This document shows, in pieces, positions 21,111-30,300 of a stretch of DNA of 44,197 nt. Location of the stretch: IMG/VR virus record IMGVR_UViG_3300017766_003074, positions 1 through 44,197 of that record; one strand, given 5' to 3'. Under the pieces are notes generated by a model, which saw nothing but the letters and a program-made list of their open reading frames with translations, did not search any database and was not told the origin of the DNA. Source of the stretch: a virus (taxonomy: Duplodnaviria > Caudoviricetes). Each line of letters opens with the position of its first letter. Position 1 is the stretch's first letter. Both the position numbers and the translations under genes were made by a program.

Positions 21111-21581
21111 ATGAACAAATTATTTAAATTAGAAACAAATTATATAAATGATCCTATTGGTTATCAAGAACCAATTAGATTTTTTAAAGGATCTAATGAA
21201 TTATCATTTGATTTATCTGAAATACATACAACAAATAATCCTATTGTAAAGTTAGATATAGATTTTAATGATGGAAGTCCAGTAATAACTAAAGATTATA
21301 ATTTTAATTATCCTCAAAAAATAGCAGAAATTATAACTAATACATATTATGCTAATAATGATACACAAAATATCATATATTACCCAACATTTTTTATAAA
21401 ATTTTTAAATGGAAAAGAATTTGTATATCAATGCCCCATAAAAATATCAAAAAATTCATTATATACCAAATTTATTAGATTAGATATAGCAAATGCACAA
21501 TTTATTGATGATAGCCAAAATTCATTATTTGTCGTTTTCGATACTAAAATAGGGGACAATTTAAATATTAAAATTAAATAA
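21111..21581 (+). CDS. Small beta-rich structural protein (degenerate PKD-like)
   Basis: 'DIDFNDGS' resembles a PKD motif; coupled to upstream gene. Confidence 0.45.
   Translation: MNKLFKLETNYINDPIGYQEPIRFFKGSNELSFDLSEIHTTNNPIVKLDIDFNDGSPVITKDYNFNYPQKIAEIITNTYYANNDTQNIIYYPTFFIKFLNGKEFVYQCPIKISKNSLYTKFIRLDIANAQFIDDSQNSLFVVFDTKIGDNLNIKIK
21575..21580 (+). promoter_or_regulatory. Late promoter TAAATA-N5-GTG, overlapping upstream stop codon
   Basis: Formed by ...atT AAA TAa; 5 nt before start 21586. Confidence 0.6.
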
Positions 21582-21585
21582 TTGA

Positions 21586-23586
21586 GTGGAAATTTTAGAT
21601 TTTAAATCCAATATAACACCATTATCAACATCCTATATAGGTGATGATGAGGTGGAATTTATTAAAGTTTTGGATACTTCAGAAGAAGGGATGGATTTCT
21701 TTACAGAAAATTATCTAAAAAATGCGGTGGACAGAAAAATTAATAATTATTCTTCACTATATTTAACTAGTAAACAAAAAGCTACAGATTTTATTAAAAT
21801 AAAACAATTAACAGAATTAAATGAAGATTTAAAATTTAATTCTTCTATTATAGATAATAATACCGGATTATATTTAACTTTATCTTCTTCTGGACCATTG
21901 GAAGCTGTTAAAGATGTAAAATTTACTACAAAAGACGAAAAATTTGTAAATCCTATTGATAGAATATTTCAAATTACAATATTTAATGGATGCAGCGCAA
22001 AAGTATTACATAAAGTTGAAAATTTAAATTATTATTTATCAATTGAATCTACGGGTACTTATCCATTTATTAATTTTAACTTTCAATTTTCTTTAATAGA
22101 TAATTCAGAAAAAACTTTGTTAAATTGTATTCTTGACAAAGAAAGTAATAAATTATCTTTATTTAAAACAGTACAAAATAAAAAATATCTAATTTTGGTA
22201 AACAATGATACCTTGTCTGCAACACAAAACATAAGTTTATTTAATAATTATACATTTGATGTAAATTATTACATAAAATCAGCAGAACCAAAGATTAATA
22301 CTTCGTGGGTTTCTTACACTAAAGAGCATAAAAATAAATATGAAATAAATTCAGATAAAAGTACAAATAATTTAGAAAATAATTATCTATTAAACACACA
22401 ATATAGTTATATTACAGGAGATACAATAGAATGCAATATATTAACATTAAAAAATCAAAAAACACATAAAAATTATAGTTATAGATCGGATTATTTAGAA
22501 AAAAATGACCCTAATGTACCAAATGTAAACAATAGGACATATACTGGTTTATTTACTGGCAACGACCAAGAAAAAGGAGACTATGGAATAACATTAAATT
22601 ACGAATTTTATAATGCAGATTATAAAATGACACCAGATACATATAATTTATTTTATACACCAGAAAGTTTATATCCATATAAACAAATTAATATTAATGA
22701 TTTAGATTGGAATTTTAGAGGATCTATAGCAGGAGAAAATCCATATTTATCAGATAAAATATTCGGAAATAAAGATAACACAACAAAATATTATGGAGAA
22801 TATTTATGTTCTTGGTTATTTAAGAAAAAAAATGGAGAGACTATTTGGTTAGATAGGTATTATCTACCGGAAAAAACTTCATATGCACAGGCATTATCTA
22901 CTTCATTTAGTATAGGATATATAGAACCAATTAATAATTTACTAAAACAACAATTATTATCCTCTGAATATTATGATGTACCATATATCTACAATACCTT
23001 ACAGGAAGAAGCCAATGCAACACCACAAACTATAAAATCTGCATTATATGGTATAAGCTTTTTCGATAAAAAAAGTGATTTGGTAATTATGCCAAATACT
23101 GAATACATTTATCATAGAATCGGCAACAATTATGTAAAACAAATATTAGATACCATAGATGAATTTTTAATTCAAAATGGATTAGAATTAAAAAATAGTA
23201 ATGATTCTGATGTTCTTATCACAGGTGACGTAGATGATATAGAATACACATTAAGCGGTAATTCTTATTCATTAATACCAAATTATAATTTAATAAATCA
23301 ATCACATCAATGCACATTTTCATTTTGGTTAAAATCTGATAATTGGAGCGAAGGATTTGGACATCAAATATTTGGAAATTTAACAAATAATGGAATTGGT
23401 TTATTAAATGATGAAAAAATTACACCATTTATATCAATACAAACAGATAAAGATGTATTTACATACAATACAAATTTTGAATTATTGGATGTTGCTTCGT
23501 TAGAATATGAAACTGATCTCGGACAAGTAATTAAAGATCTACATAGAACAGATCATTTAGATACATTTCATACAATTACTATATAA
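21586..23586 (+). CDS. Virion structural protein ending in the first half of a LamG/ConA-like domain
   Basis: C-terminal 'CTFSFWLKSDNW...QIFGN...GIGL'. Confidence 0.5.
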   Translation: MEILDFKSNITPLSTSYIGDDEVEFIKVLDTSEEGMDFFTENYLKNAVDRKINNYSSLYLTSKQKATDFIKIKQLTELNEDLKFNSSIIDNNTGLYLTLSSSGPLEAVKDVKFTTKDEKFVNPIDRIFQITIFNGCSAKVLHKVENLNYYLSIESTGTYPFINFNFQFSLIDNSEKTLLNCILDKESNKLSLFKTVQNKKYLILVNNDTLSATQNISLFNNYTFDVNYYIKSAEPKINTSWVSYTKEHKNKYEINSDKSTNNLENNYLLNTQYSYITGDTIECNILTLKNQKTHKNYSYRSDYLEKNDPNVPNVNNRTYTGLFTGNDQEKGDYGITLNYEFYNADYKMTPDTYNLFYTPESLYPYKQININDLDWNFRGSIAGENPYLSDKIFGNKDNTTKYYGEYLCSWLFKKKNGETIWLDRYYLPEKTSYAQALSTSFSIGYIEPINNLLKQQLLSSEYYDVPYIYNTLQEEANATPQTIKSALYGISFFDKKSDLVIMPNTEYIYHRIGNNYVKQILDTIDEFLIQNGLELKNSNDSDVLITGDVDDIEYTLSGNSYSLIPNYNLINQSHQCTFSFWLKSDNWSEGFGHQIFGNLTNNGIGLLNDEKITPFISIQTDKDVFTYNTNFELLDVASLEYETDLGQVIKDLHRTDHLDTFHTITI

Positions 23587-23587
23587 T

Positions 23588-25003
23588 ATGATACCATTAA
23601 TAACCAAATTTAATTCAAATTCAGTTTTATATGATTCTATAGGTTCTTTTATAGAATCATATATATCAATGTATGGAGATAGAGATAATATTTATTTTTT
23701 AAAAAATACAGATGGAACTACAGTAAAATATGATATTTCTACAGAATCGGTTTCGTCTATACAAATAAATTTACCAACTGGAAATATAGTAAATTCAATT
23801 ATAAAATATAAAGATGAAATATATGGATTTAATGGATTTGCAGTAAAACCATTTACTAATGATAGTGTATTATATATACAAGATAATACTAAACTAGTAC
23901 AAGAATCATTTGATAGAAGTATAAATATAGTACATTTATCCAGCTCTACACAAATAAGAGATTTTATTTTAGATGATGATATGAATTATTATGTAGTGCA
24001 TAATAATAATAAAATATCAAAATTTACTAAAGATAGAATATTGCTATATACAACACAAATTACTCCAGCGAATAGTTTATTCAGTTCATTGTTAATATTA
24101 CCAGATAATCCGATTGATATATTAAAAATTGATATTGTAAGAGAATACACCAATAATGGATTAAGTTCATATCCAATAATACTTGGTAGAGTGCAAAATA
24201 CATTACAAACCATAAGATCTGGTGAATTATTTTTAGCTAAATTTGACGAAAATACAAAAGATGTATTTCACGTTCAACTAGCTGGGTTAACTGGGGAATA
24301 TATTCCATACGGAAATTTAAAAAGAATTAATTATAATCTAACCAATTATGATTATTTAAAAAATACATATAAAAATACTAATAACCTTACGTTTAAAGCT
24401 GTTCTTAAAAATGTTTATAACAACAAAGAAAGATTAATTGTAAATATACCAATTGATATTAGTTCATTTGAGAGTGAGGCACATCATTTTGCTTTTAGAA
24501 TAAATGGCGTAGAAGGAACAATTTCTGTATTTTGTGATGGAAAAGAAATCCAAACTGTCAATATACAAAAAGGAAAATATATTTTTCAAGATTTATTAAA
24601 TGATAATATTTCAATAGGAAATACGTATTTTTATAACAATTTAACTCTAGGAAAATATTTAAAACAAAATAATTACTATATAAATAATTGTTACATAAAA
24701 CAATTCAAATTATATAATAAAGCATTATCAAATAATGAAATTGATTTTTTGTTATATCGTGGAATAGACATGAAAGATTTAATTGTTTCTTTACCTTGTG
24801 ATCAAAGAAACGAACTAGATGGTATAGAAAGACAATTTAAATTAGATACAACCGGCAGCAAAAGTAATAAAATTAATATTATTATAAAAAATTCACAAAT
24901 AAATAATTCTACTTTACAGGATAAATTTAAAGATATAATTATTGAAAAATTGAAAAAGACGTTGCCGATAACAACAATTATTAACAATATAGAATTTCGA
25001 TAA
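23588..25003 (+). CDS. Virion structural protein with propeller-like blades and second half of a LamG/ConA-like domain
   Basis: 'HHFAFRING..GTISVFCDG...ISIGN...IKQFKLYNKALSNNEI'. Confidence 0.55.
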   Translation: MIPLITKFNSNSVLYDSIGSFIESYISMYGDRDNIYFLKNTDGTTVKYDISTESVSSIQINLPTGNIVNSIIKYKDEIYGFNGFAVKPFTNDSVLYIQDNTKLVQESFDRSINIVHLSSSTQIRDFILDDDMNYYVVHNNNKISKFTKDRILLYTTQITPANSLFSSLLILPDNPIDILKIDIVREYTNNGLSSYPIILGRVQNTLQTIRSGELFLAKFDENTKDVFHVQLAGLTGEYIPYGNLKRINYNLTNYDYLKNTYKNTNNLTFKAVLKNVYNNKERLIVNIPIDISSFESEAHHFAFRINGVEGTISVFCDGKEIQTVNIQKGKYIFQDLLNDNISIGNTYFYNNLTLGKYLKQNNYYINNCYIKQFKLYNKALSNNEIDFLLYRGIDMKDLIVSLPCDQRNELDGIERQFKLDTTGSKSNKINIIIKNSQINNSTLQDKFKDIIIEKLKKTLPITTIINNIEFR

Positions 25004-26932
25004 ATGCAAACCAAATTTAATTATACATCTGGTGGGGAATTTACAAAAACCGATGGAACATCTTACATTGGATATTTTAATGTAAATGATGATGGAGCTG
25101 TATATACAGATAGGTATTTTTCAGATGTATCAGAATCATTAAATCCAGTTTCGAAATATTCTACGGATTATTACATATCAAAAAATTTTAAAGATAGAAA
25201 TGTTTTTGATATATTAAATCTCCCATATTCTTTTGAAGAGATAAAGATTCAACCAAATGAAATTGTTAGCTTTTCTACTTTAAATAAAAAAATAGAATTC
25301 TTTTACGATAATCTTATATATTTATATAGTCAACTTTATATGGGGAGTACAGATGTTCCGGTTGATAATAATGCTAATATATTATGCAATTTAATAGGAA
25401 CAAGTGAGTTTGGGTGGCAAACGAAATCAAAACAATCTGGAAATAATAGAATATTTGGGTTTGGTCCATTAAGTGCAGTTCCTTCACTTTCTATTTACGA
25501 ACAATTTGATTTAATGAAACGATTTGTTGTAATACCATTTGAAAACAATCAAGGATTAGGAATATTTGGTATAAGCAATACACATTTTATTGGATTAACC
25601 AGCACTATTTCTGAAGATGGTCAATTATCAGGAGCAGAATTTACTTTTTATACAAATGTGATTGATAATTATTCGAATGAAACATGTAAAAATTTAGAAG
25701 ATATAAAATATGATGGAAAATTTTTATATGTAAGCGATTCTAAAATAAATGGTGGTGGTCAAGTATTTAAGTATGATATAACTGGTTATATCACAAATGA
25801 TATGGTTTTTGAAAATAAAAAATATTTAATAGAACCTATTGGTGGATTTGGTTCTAGTGATCGGACCAATAAATTCAAAAATTGTACTGTGTTGGGAGCA
25901 AACAACGAAGAAGTTTGGGTGTATGATTCTGGAAATAATGTAATTAAGATTTTTGATAGTAATTTTGTTTGGAAAAAAACAATAAAAATACCGTCTTCAA
26001 GAAAATATTCTGTTTTGGATATTCGTTATAGGAAAATGAATAATCATGTATATGTTTTATTTAAAGATTCACACGATGAAAATAATCTCCAATATGGATT
26101 ATTTGAATTTAATAACAAATATATTCTTGTAGGTACTTATATTTTTTCTGATATTTTATTTAAAGATACAGATGCTCAATTTAACCGAATGGCAATATCT
26201 GAACAAGATTCTAATGTTTTCTATGTAATTACAAATAATTCTGTATTTAAGAAATTCTTTTCTAAACCAGATCAAACGTTTGCAGTTTTTAATCGTGATA
26301 AATTTTATCCAGATGATACATTTATTTGGGATTTAATAGAGTTGGAATGGGAAAACTTAAGAGATTATGAAACTTGGAATTATGCCGAATTTTTCTCAAT
26401 TAATTTATCAACACGGGATATTCATGTAGCAGCTAGTAAAACCAATAAAGAAGATTTATATTTTATCGGAGACAGTTATATTAGTCATTTTAATGAAAGA
26501 ACCGATTATTTGTCTTTATTAAACAATGATGCATTACCTTATTATAATTATAAATCAATAAAATTTGAAAACATAGAATATAATCAAGCTTTGGTTTTGA
26601 ATAAAGAAATTTATAAACTTTATCAAAATATTTTACAATTTAAAAATAATTTAAAAGGACGTTTTTATGCGGAGTTCGATAAATACTCAGATTTGAAATA
26701 TAAAGATTACATTTATTTAACAGATGAAGAAATTAATACTTTAAACATAGATATTGAATATAATTCCTTTGTAAATGATAATGAACTTGTACAACCAAAC
26801 GTAATAAATAGGATATTTAATAAATTATATAATTTTCAAACAAATTTATTAAATTTAACACAAGTAAAATTAAAAAATTTAAAAACTTGGGTGGATTTAC
26901 AAAATGGAACAAACATCTATCCAATTGATTAA
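25004..26932 (+). CDS. Virion structural protein with NHL-like beta-propeller
   Basis: 'LYVSDS', 'IGGFG...NKF', 'VWVYDSGNNVIKIFD' NHL-type blades. Confidence 0.55.
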   Translation: MQTKFNYTSGGEFTKTDGTSYIGYFNVNDDGAVYTDRYFSDVSESLNPVSKYSTDYYISKNFKDRNVFDILNLPYSFEEIKIQPNEIVSFSTLNKKIEFFYDNLIYLYSQLYMGSTDVPVDNNANILCNLIGTSEFGWQTKSKQSGNNRIFGFGPLSAVPSLSIYEQFDLMKRFVVIPFENNQGLGIFGISNTHFIGLTSTISEDGQLSGAEFTFYTNVIDNYSNETCKNLEDIKYDGKFLYVSDSKINGGGQVFKYDITGYITNDMVFENKKYLIEPIGGFGSSDRTNKFKNCTVLGANNEEVWVYDSGNNVIKIFDSNFVWKKTIKIPSSRKYSVLDIRYRKMNNHVYVLFKDSHDENNLQYGLFEFNNKYILVGTYIFSDILFKDTDAQFNRMAISEQDSNVFYVITNNSVFKKFFSKPDQTFAVFNRDKFYPDDTFIWDLIELEWENLRDYETWNYAEFFSINLSTRDIHVAASKTNKEDLYFIGDSYISHFNERTDYLSLLNNDALPYYNYKSIKFENIEYNQALVLNKEIYKLYQNILQFKNNLKGRFYAEFDKYSDLKYKDYIYLTDEEINTLNIDIEYNSFVNDNELVQPNVINRIFNKLYNFQTNLLNLTQVKLKNLKTWVDLQNGTNIYPID

Positions 26933-26939
26933 CATTAAC

Positions 26940-26945
26940 TAAATA
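26940..26945 (+). promoter_or_regulatory. Late promoter TAAATA-N5-ATG
   Basis: Exact motif, 5 nt before start 26951. Confidence 0.65.
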
Positions 26946-26950
26946 ATTTT

Positions 26951-28162
26951 ATGGCAGAAGAAACAGCGAGTAATTTAACTGGTAAAAGAGTGTCTACAAC
27001 ATTTAGGGGATTGCTACATTTTCCTAAAAGTATAGACCCATCATTGGCTAAACAAATTGTTCATGACGGTGCTGGTACTCCTTCTGCGTTGACATTAGGT
27101 GGAGACACTATGGGAATGGATGTCAGTGGTCCAGTTTCTTGTACTGGTTCGTTATCTGCTGGTGGGGATTCTTCTATAGCAGGAAACACTACAATTGGCG
27201 GGGATGTTACAATTGGTGGAAATACTACAATTGGTGGAGATGTAGTTTTATCAAATGGAGGTCAAATTAATGATGTATCAATTCTTTCTTCTGGATCTTC
27301 TGTTTCATTAAGAGCATCTAATACAGCAGAAGTAGGTAAATTGAGAATCAGAGAAACTTCTTCTGATTACGAATTGATATTTGGAAATCCTACAGTAGCA
27401 GATAAAAATTTATTTTCTATAATTGTTAAAAATAATGCAAATAGTAATCTTTATGTTAAAAATAGTTACTCCGATTTAGATATTAATGCTCCATTATGGA
27501 TTAATCGTTCTACTGGAGAAGTAAATATTAAATCATTACGAGTTACTAACATTAAAACAGATCCACCACCCGGAACAACACCTCCACCCGGACAACAAGC
27601 AAATTATGGTGATCCTAATCGAAATGTAATTCCTGTTGGGATGATTTGTATGTTTCCTGTTTTTGGTATACCAGATGGTTGGATTCCTTGTGATGGTAAA
27701 GAACATAATAAAAATTCTTTACCAGAACTTTTTAATTTAATTGGTTATAATTATTCGGTTGTGAATTCTGGGGATTTATTTCAAGTTCCTGATTATCGTG
27801 GATTATTCATTCGAATGGCTGATTACAAGAGAGATGATGAAGCTACGCATACATTTATAGATCCAGATGGAGCTAGAAATTTAGATGGAACAGTTCAATA
27901 TGATACAAGTAAGTCACACTGGCATGGTATTGGAAATGGGCATTCTAATGACGATATGCAAACAAATGTAAGAAGTTGGAATTTAAATCCTAATACAGGA
28001 GCTACAGCATCACATAGTACTAATGGAGAATCTAATGGAAGTTCTCCAAATTCTGGAGGAATATTGACTTCGGGTTCATTAGGAACTACTGATCCAATTG
28101 ATTCTATTGGCGGTGAAACTCGTCCTAAAAACGTAGTAGCATTATACTGTATCAAATGGTAA
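26951..28162 (+). CDS. Short tail fibre with phage tail collar domain (gp12-like)
   Basis: 'IPVGMICMF...PDGWIPCDG....LPELFNLIG...FQVPDYRGLFIR' collar domain; HxH motif; C-terminal 'ETRPKNV..YCIK'. Confidence 0.85.
   Translation: MAEETASNLTGKRVSTTFRGLLHFPKSIDPSLAKQIVHDGAGTPSALTLGGDTMGMDVSGPVSCTGSLSAGGDSSIAGNTTIGGDVTIGGNTTIGGDVVLSNGGQINDVSILSSGSSVSLRASNTAEVGKLRIRETSSDYELIFGNPTVADKNLFSIIVKNNANSNLYVKNSYSDLDINAPLWINRSTGEVNIKSLRVTNIKTDPPPGTTPPPGQQANYGDPNRNVIPVGMICMFPVFGIPDGWIPCDGKEHNKNSLPELFNLIGYNYSVVNSGDLFQVPDYRGLFIRMADYKRDDEATHTFIDPDGARNLDGTVQYDTSKSHWHGIGNGHSNDDMQTNVRSWNLNPNTGATASHSTNGESNGSSPNSGGILTSGSLGTTDPIDSIGGETRPKNVVALYCIKW
27182..27244 (+). repeat. Short in-frame tandem repeat (GNTTIGGDVTIG, 36-bp period) in fibre shaft
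   Basis: ggaaacactacaattggcggggatgt followed by ggaaatactacaattggtggagatgt. Confidence 0.7.
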
Positions 28163-28165
28163 TTT

Positions 28166-28624
28166 ATGCAAGAAAAACACTTACGTAAATTAAAAATCCG
28201 AAGAGGAACTGATAATCAGCGAAAAGTTACACTTTTTGAAGAAGGTGAACTTGTATTTGTTAAAGATACAGAAAGAGTATATGTAGGTGATGACACAACA
28301 ATTGGGGGTAATAAAATATCAAATAAAAATTTCATTACATCAATTTCTGAAAAACCGTCTGCTGCTGAAATAAATGATATTTTTATAAATGAAACTGATA
28401 AATCGGGCTATATTATAGAAAATTCAAATTCTGTATTACAAATTTTTCCTTCTATAGCTTCAACATGCGAAGATGTACAAAAAGATATAGATATAATAGA
28501 TTCTATATTAAATCGATTGTCTTCTGAATGTTGTAATGGTGATATTTTCTTGGCTACGGATTTAGATACTATATTAGTTCCCGATAACATTTTATTAGAT
28601 AATTCTGATACTATAAAAGTGTAA
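28166..28624 (+). CDS. Fibre adaptor paralogue A1: Mtd_N/hyaluronidase-N-like anchor, short coiled coil, acidic tail
   Basis: 'KLKIRRGTDNQR...FEEGELVFVKDTERVYVGD....GG' matches the major-tropism-determinant N-terminal domain pattern. Confidence 0.6.
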   Translation: MQEKHLRKLKIRRGTDNQRKVTLFEEGELVFVKDTERVYVGDDTTIGGNKISNKNFITSISEKPSAAEINDIFINETDKSGYIIENSNSVLQIFPSIASTCEDVQKDIDIIDSILNRLSSECCNGDIFLATDLDTILVPDNILLDNSDTIKV

Positions 28625-28632
28625 ATTTTAGC

Positions 28633-28638
28633 TAAATA
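28633..28638 (+). promoter_or_regulatory. Late promoter TAAATA-N5-ATG
   Basis: Exact motif, 5 nt before start 28644. Confidence 0.65.
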
Positions 28639-28643
28639 TCTCT

Positions 28644-29273
28644 ATGGGTACTAAGATAACGCAATTGCCACAAGTTGCAACTCCTACTGGATCAGATGAA
28701 TTACCAATTTCTCAAGATACTGGTTCTGGAAGAACCACATATAAAACAACTTTAGATCAAGTAAAAAATTATGTAAAAAACACAGGAGGAGGAACTGGTA
28801 CAGTAACTAGTGTTGGAGTGAATTCTAATGATGGGTCAATTGGTGTAATAGGAAGTCCTGTTGTTGGTGCAGGGACAATATCTTTATCGATAAGTTCTGT
28901 TGGTTTAAACAAATTAGATGATGGAGGAGCTACTGGTGGTCAAGTTTTAACTTATAATGGTTCTACTAGTACATGGGTTGCTAGTAGTTTATCAGCAAAT
29001 GGATTTCAGGCTTCTTTATCAGAAAACGGTTATCAAAAATTACCTAGTGGATTGATTATACAATGGGGAAGAGTTTTAGATGATGGTTTAACAAAACAAT
29101 TTCCAATACCTTTTACTGTTGCGTGTTTTTCATTGGTAGGTTCTATGGATAGTGATAGTTTTGATGGTGGTGTTGCTATTAATTCTTATGTGGTAAGTCT
29201 TAGTGAGTTTAGATTGAGAAATGGTGCGTCCGCTACTGCTAATTACAACTATTATACAGCAATTGGATACTAA
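28644..29273 (+). CDS. Small tail-fibre tip protein B1 (C-terminal lectin-like fibre-tip domain)
   Basis: N-term 'KITQLP'; C-term 'NGYQKLPSGLIIQWG...FPIPF..ACF...AIGY', typical of phage fibre tips. Confidence 0.75.
   Translation: MGTKITQLPQVATPTGSDELPISQDTGSGRTTYKTTLDQVKNYVKNTGGGTGTVTSVGVNSNDGSIGVIGSPVVGAGTISLSISSVGLNKLDDGGATGGQVLTYNGSTSTWVASSLSANGFQASLSENGYQKLPSGLIIQWGRVLDDGLTKQFPIPFTVACFSLVGSMDSDSFDGGVAINSYVVSLSEFRLRNGASATANYNYYTAIGY
28929..29006 (+). repeat. 78-bp dispersed direct repeat, copy 1 (copy 2 at 32639-32716)
   Basis: 7 mismatches in 78 bp by manual alignment; encodes ATGGQVLTYNG(S/T)TSTWVASSLSANGF. Confidence 0.9.
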
Positions 29274-29275
29274 AC

Positions 29276-29281
29276 TAAATA
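29276..29281 (+). promoter_or_regulatory. Late promoter-like TAAATA, 6 nt before GTG 29288
   Basis: Exact motif, near-canonical spacing. Confidence 0.55.
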
Positions 29282-29287
29282 TTACCA

Positions 29288-30298
29288 GTGATAGATAGAA
29301 GAATAGGTAAAATAAAAGTTCGTAGAGGAACTGATTCCCAAAGAGTACAAAATACCTTTGAAGAGGGTGAAGTAATTTATTCTGTTGATAAAAAAGCTAT
29401 TTTCGTTGGTGATAATACTACATTAGGTGGAGTACCAGTTTGTAATCGTAATTATATAGTAAATTCATTGGGATTTCCACCAGTATTACCAAATGGTGTA
29501 TTTGAGGGGGATATTATACATGATAAATCCGATTCTAAAACTTATATTGTTGGTTCTAATAATGGTACATACGAATTACTTTTGATAGTAGATGGAGGAG
29601 CATCTATTGATTTAAAAACACAAATATCTGATGTATATACAAAACTTTCGACGCTCACTGGTTGTTTAACACCTTCAACACCGCCACCACCTCCACCATC
29701 TAAATTAACATGGGCGATACAACCATCTGATTACTCTGTTAACATAGGTGATACGGTAACATTTAGTTCTAGTGCAGTTGGTATTGGTAATATAGCATAT
29801 GAATGGAAAAGAAAAGATGGAGCTACAATTAATACGTCTAATATATATCAAAAATCATTCACTATAACTAATGTAGGGATACCTGATATTGCAACTTATT
29901 ATTGTATAGCTAGTAATAGTGTGGATTCAATTACTAGTAGAGAAGCAGTATTGAATATTGGAAGTAATTCTATTTTAGCAGAAGATGGTACTTATATATT
30001 ATCTGAATTAAATGAATTTATCGATTGGGAATATACCGTAGTGGCACCAATAATAACAAAACAGCCGGTATCTATTACAACTGCTGCGGGAAATAGTGTG
30101 ACATTTAGTGTAAAAGCAATCGGAACTGATCCCTTAAGTTATCAATGGAGAGTAGGAGGGGTTAACATAATTGGCGAAACGAATTCTACATATACAATAT
30201 CCAATCCAACAGTTGATATAAACAGTATAACATGCAAAGTCAGTAATCCGGCAGGAGAAGTTTTAAGTAATGGTGTTAATTTGAATATAAATAATTAA
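29288..30298 (+). CDS. Fibre adaptor paralogue A2: Mtd_N-like anchor, coiled coil, poly-Pro hinge, two Ig-like domains
   Basis: Same N-terminus as A1/A3; Ig I-set-like motifs 'QP...G..VTF', 'Y.W', 'D.ATYYC...N'. Confidence 0.75.
   Translation: MIDRRIGKIKVRRGTDSQRVQNTFEEGEVIYSVDKKAIFVGDNTTLGGVPVCNRNYIVNSLGFPPVLPNGVFEGDIIHDKSDSKTYIVGSNNGTYELLLIVDGGASIDLKTQISDVYTKLSTLTGCLTPSTPPPPPPSKLTWAIQPSDYSVNIGDTVTFSSSAVGIGNIAYEWKRKDGATINTSNIYQKSFTITNVGIPDIATYYCIASNSVDSITSREAVLNIGSNSILAEDGTYILSELNEFIDWEYTVVAPIITKQPVSITTAAGNSVTFSVKAIGTDPLSYQWRVGGVNIIGETNSTYTISNPTVDINSITCKVSNPAGEVLSNGVNLNINN
29965..30031 (+). repeat. 67-bp dispersed direct repeat, copy 1 (copy 2 at 30975-31041)
   Basis: 6 mismatches in 67 bp; encodes NSILAEDGTYILSEL(N/S)EFIDWE. 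Confidence 0.85.
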
Positions 30299-30300
30299 AA

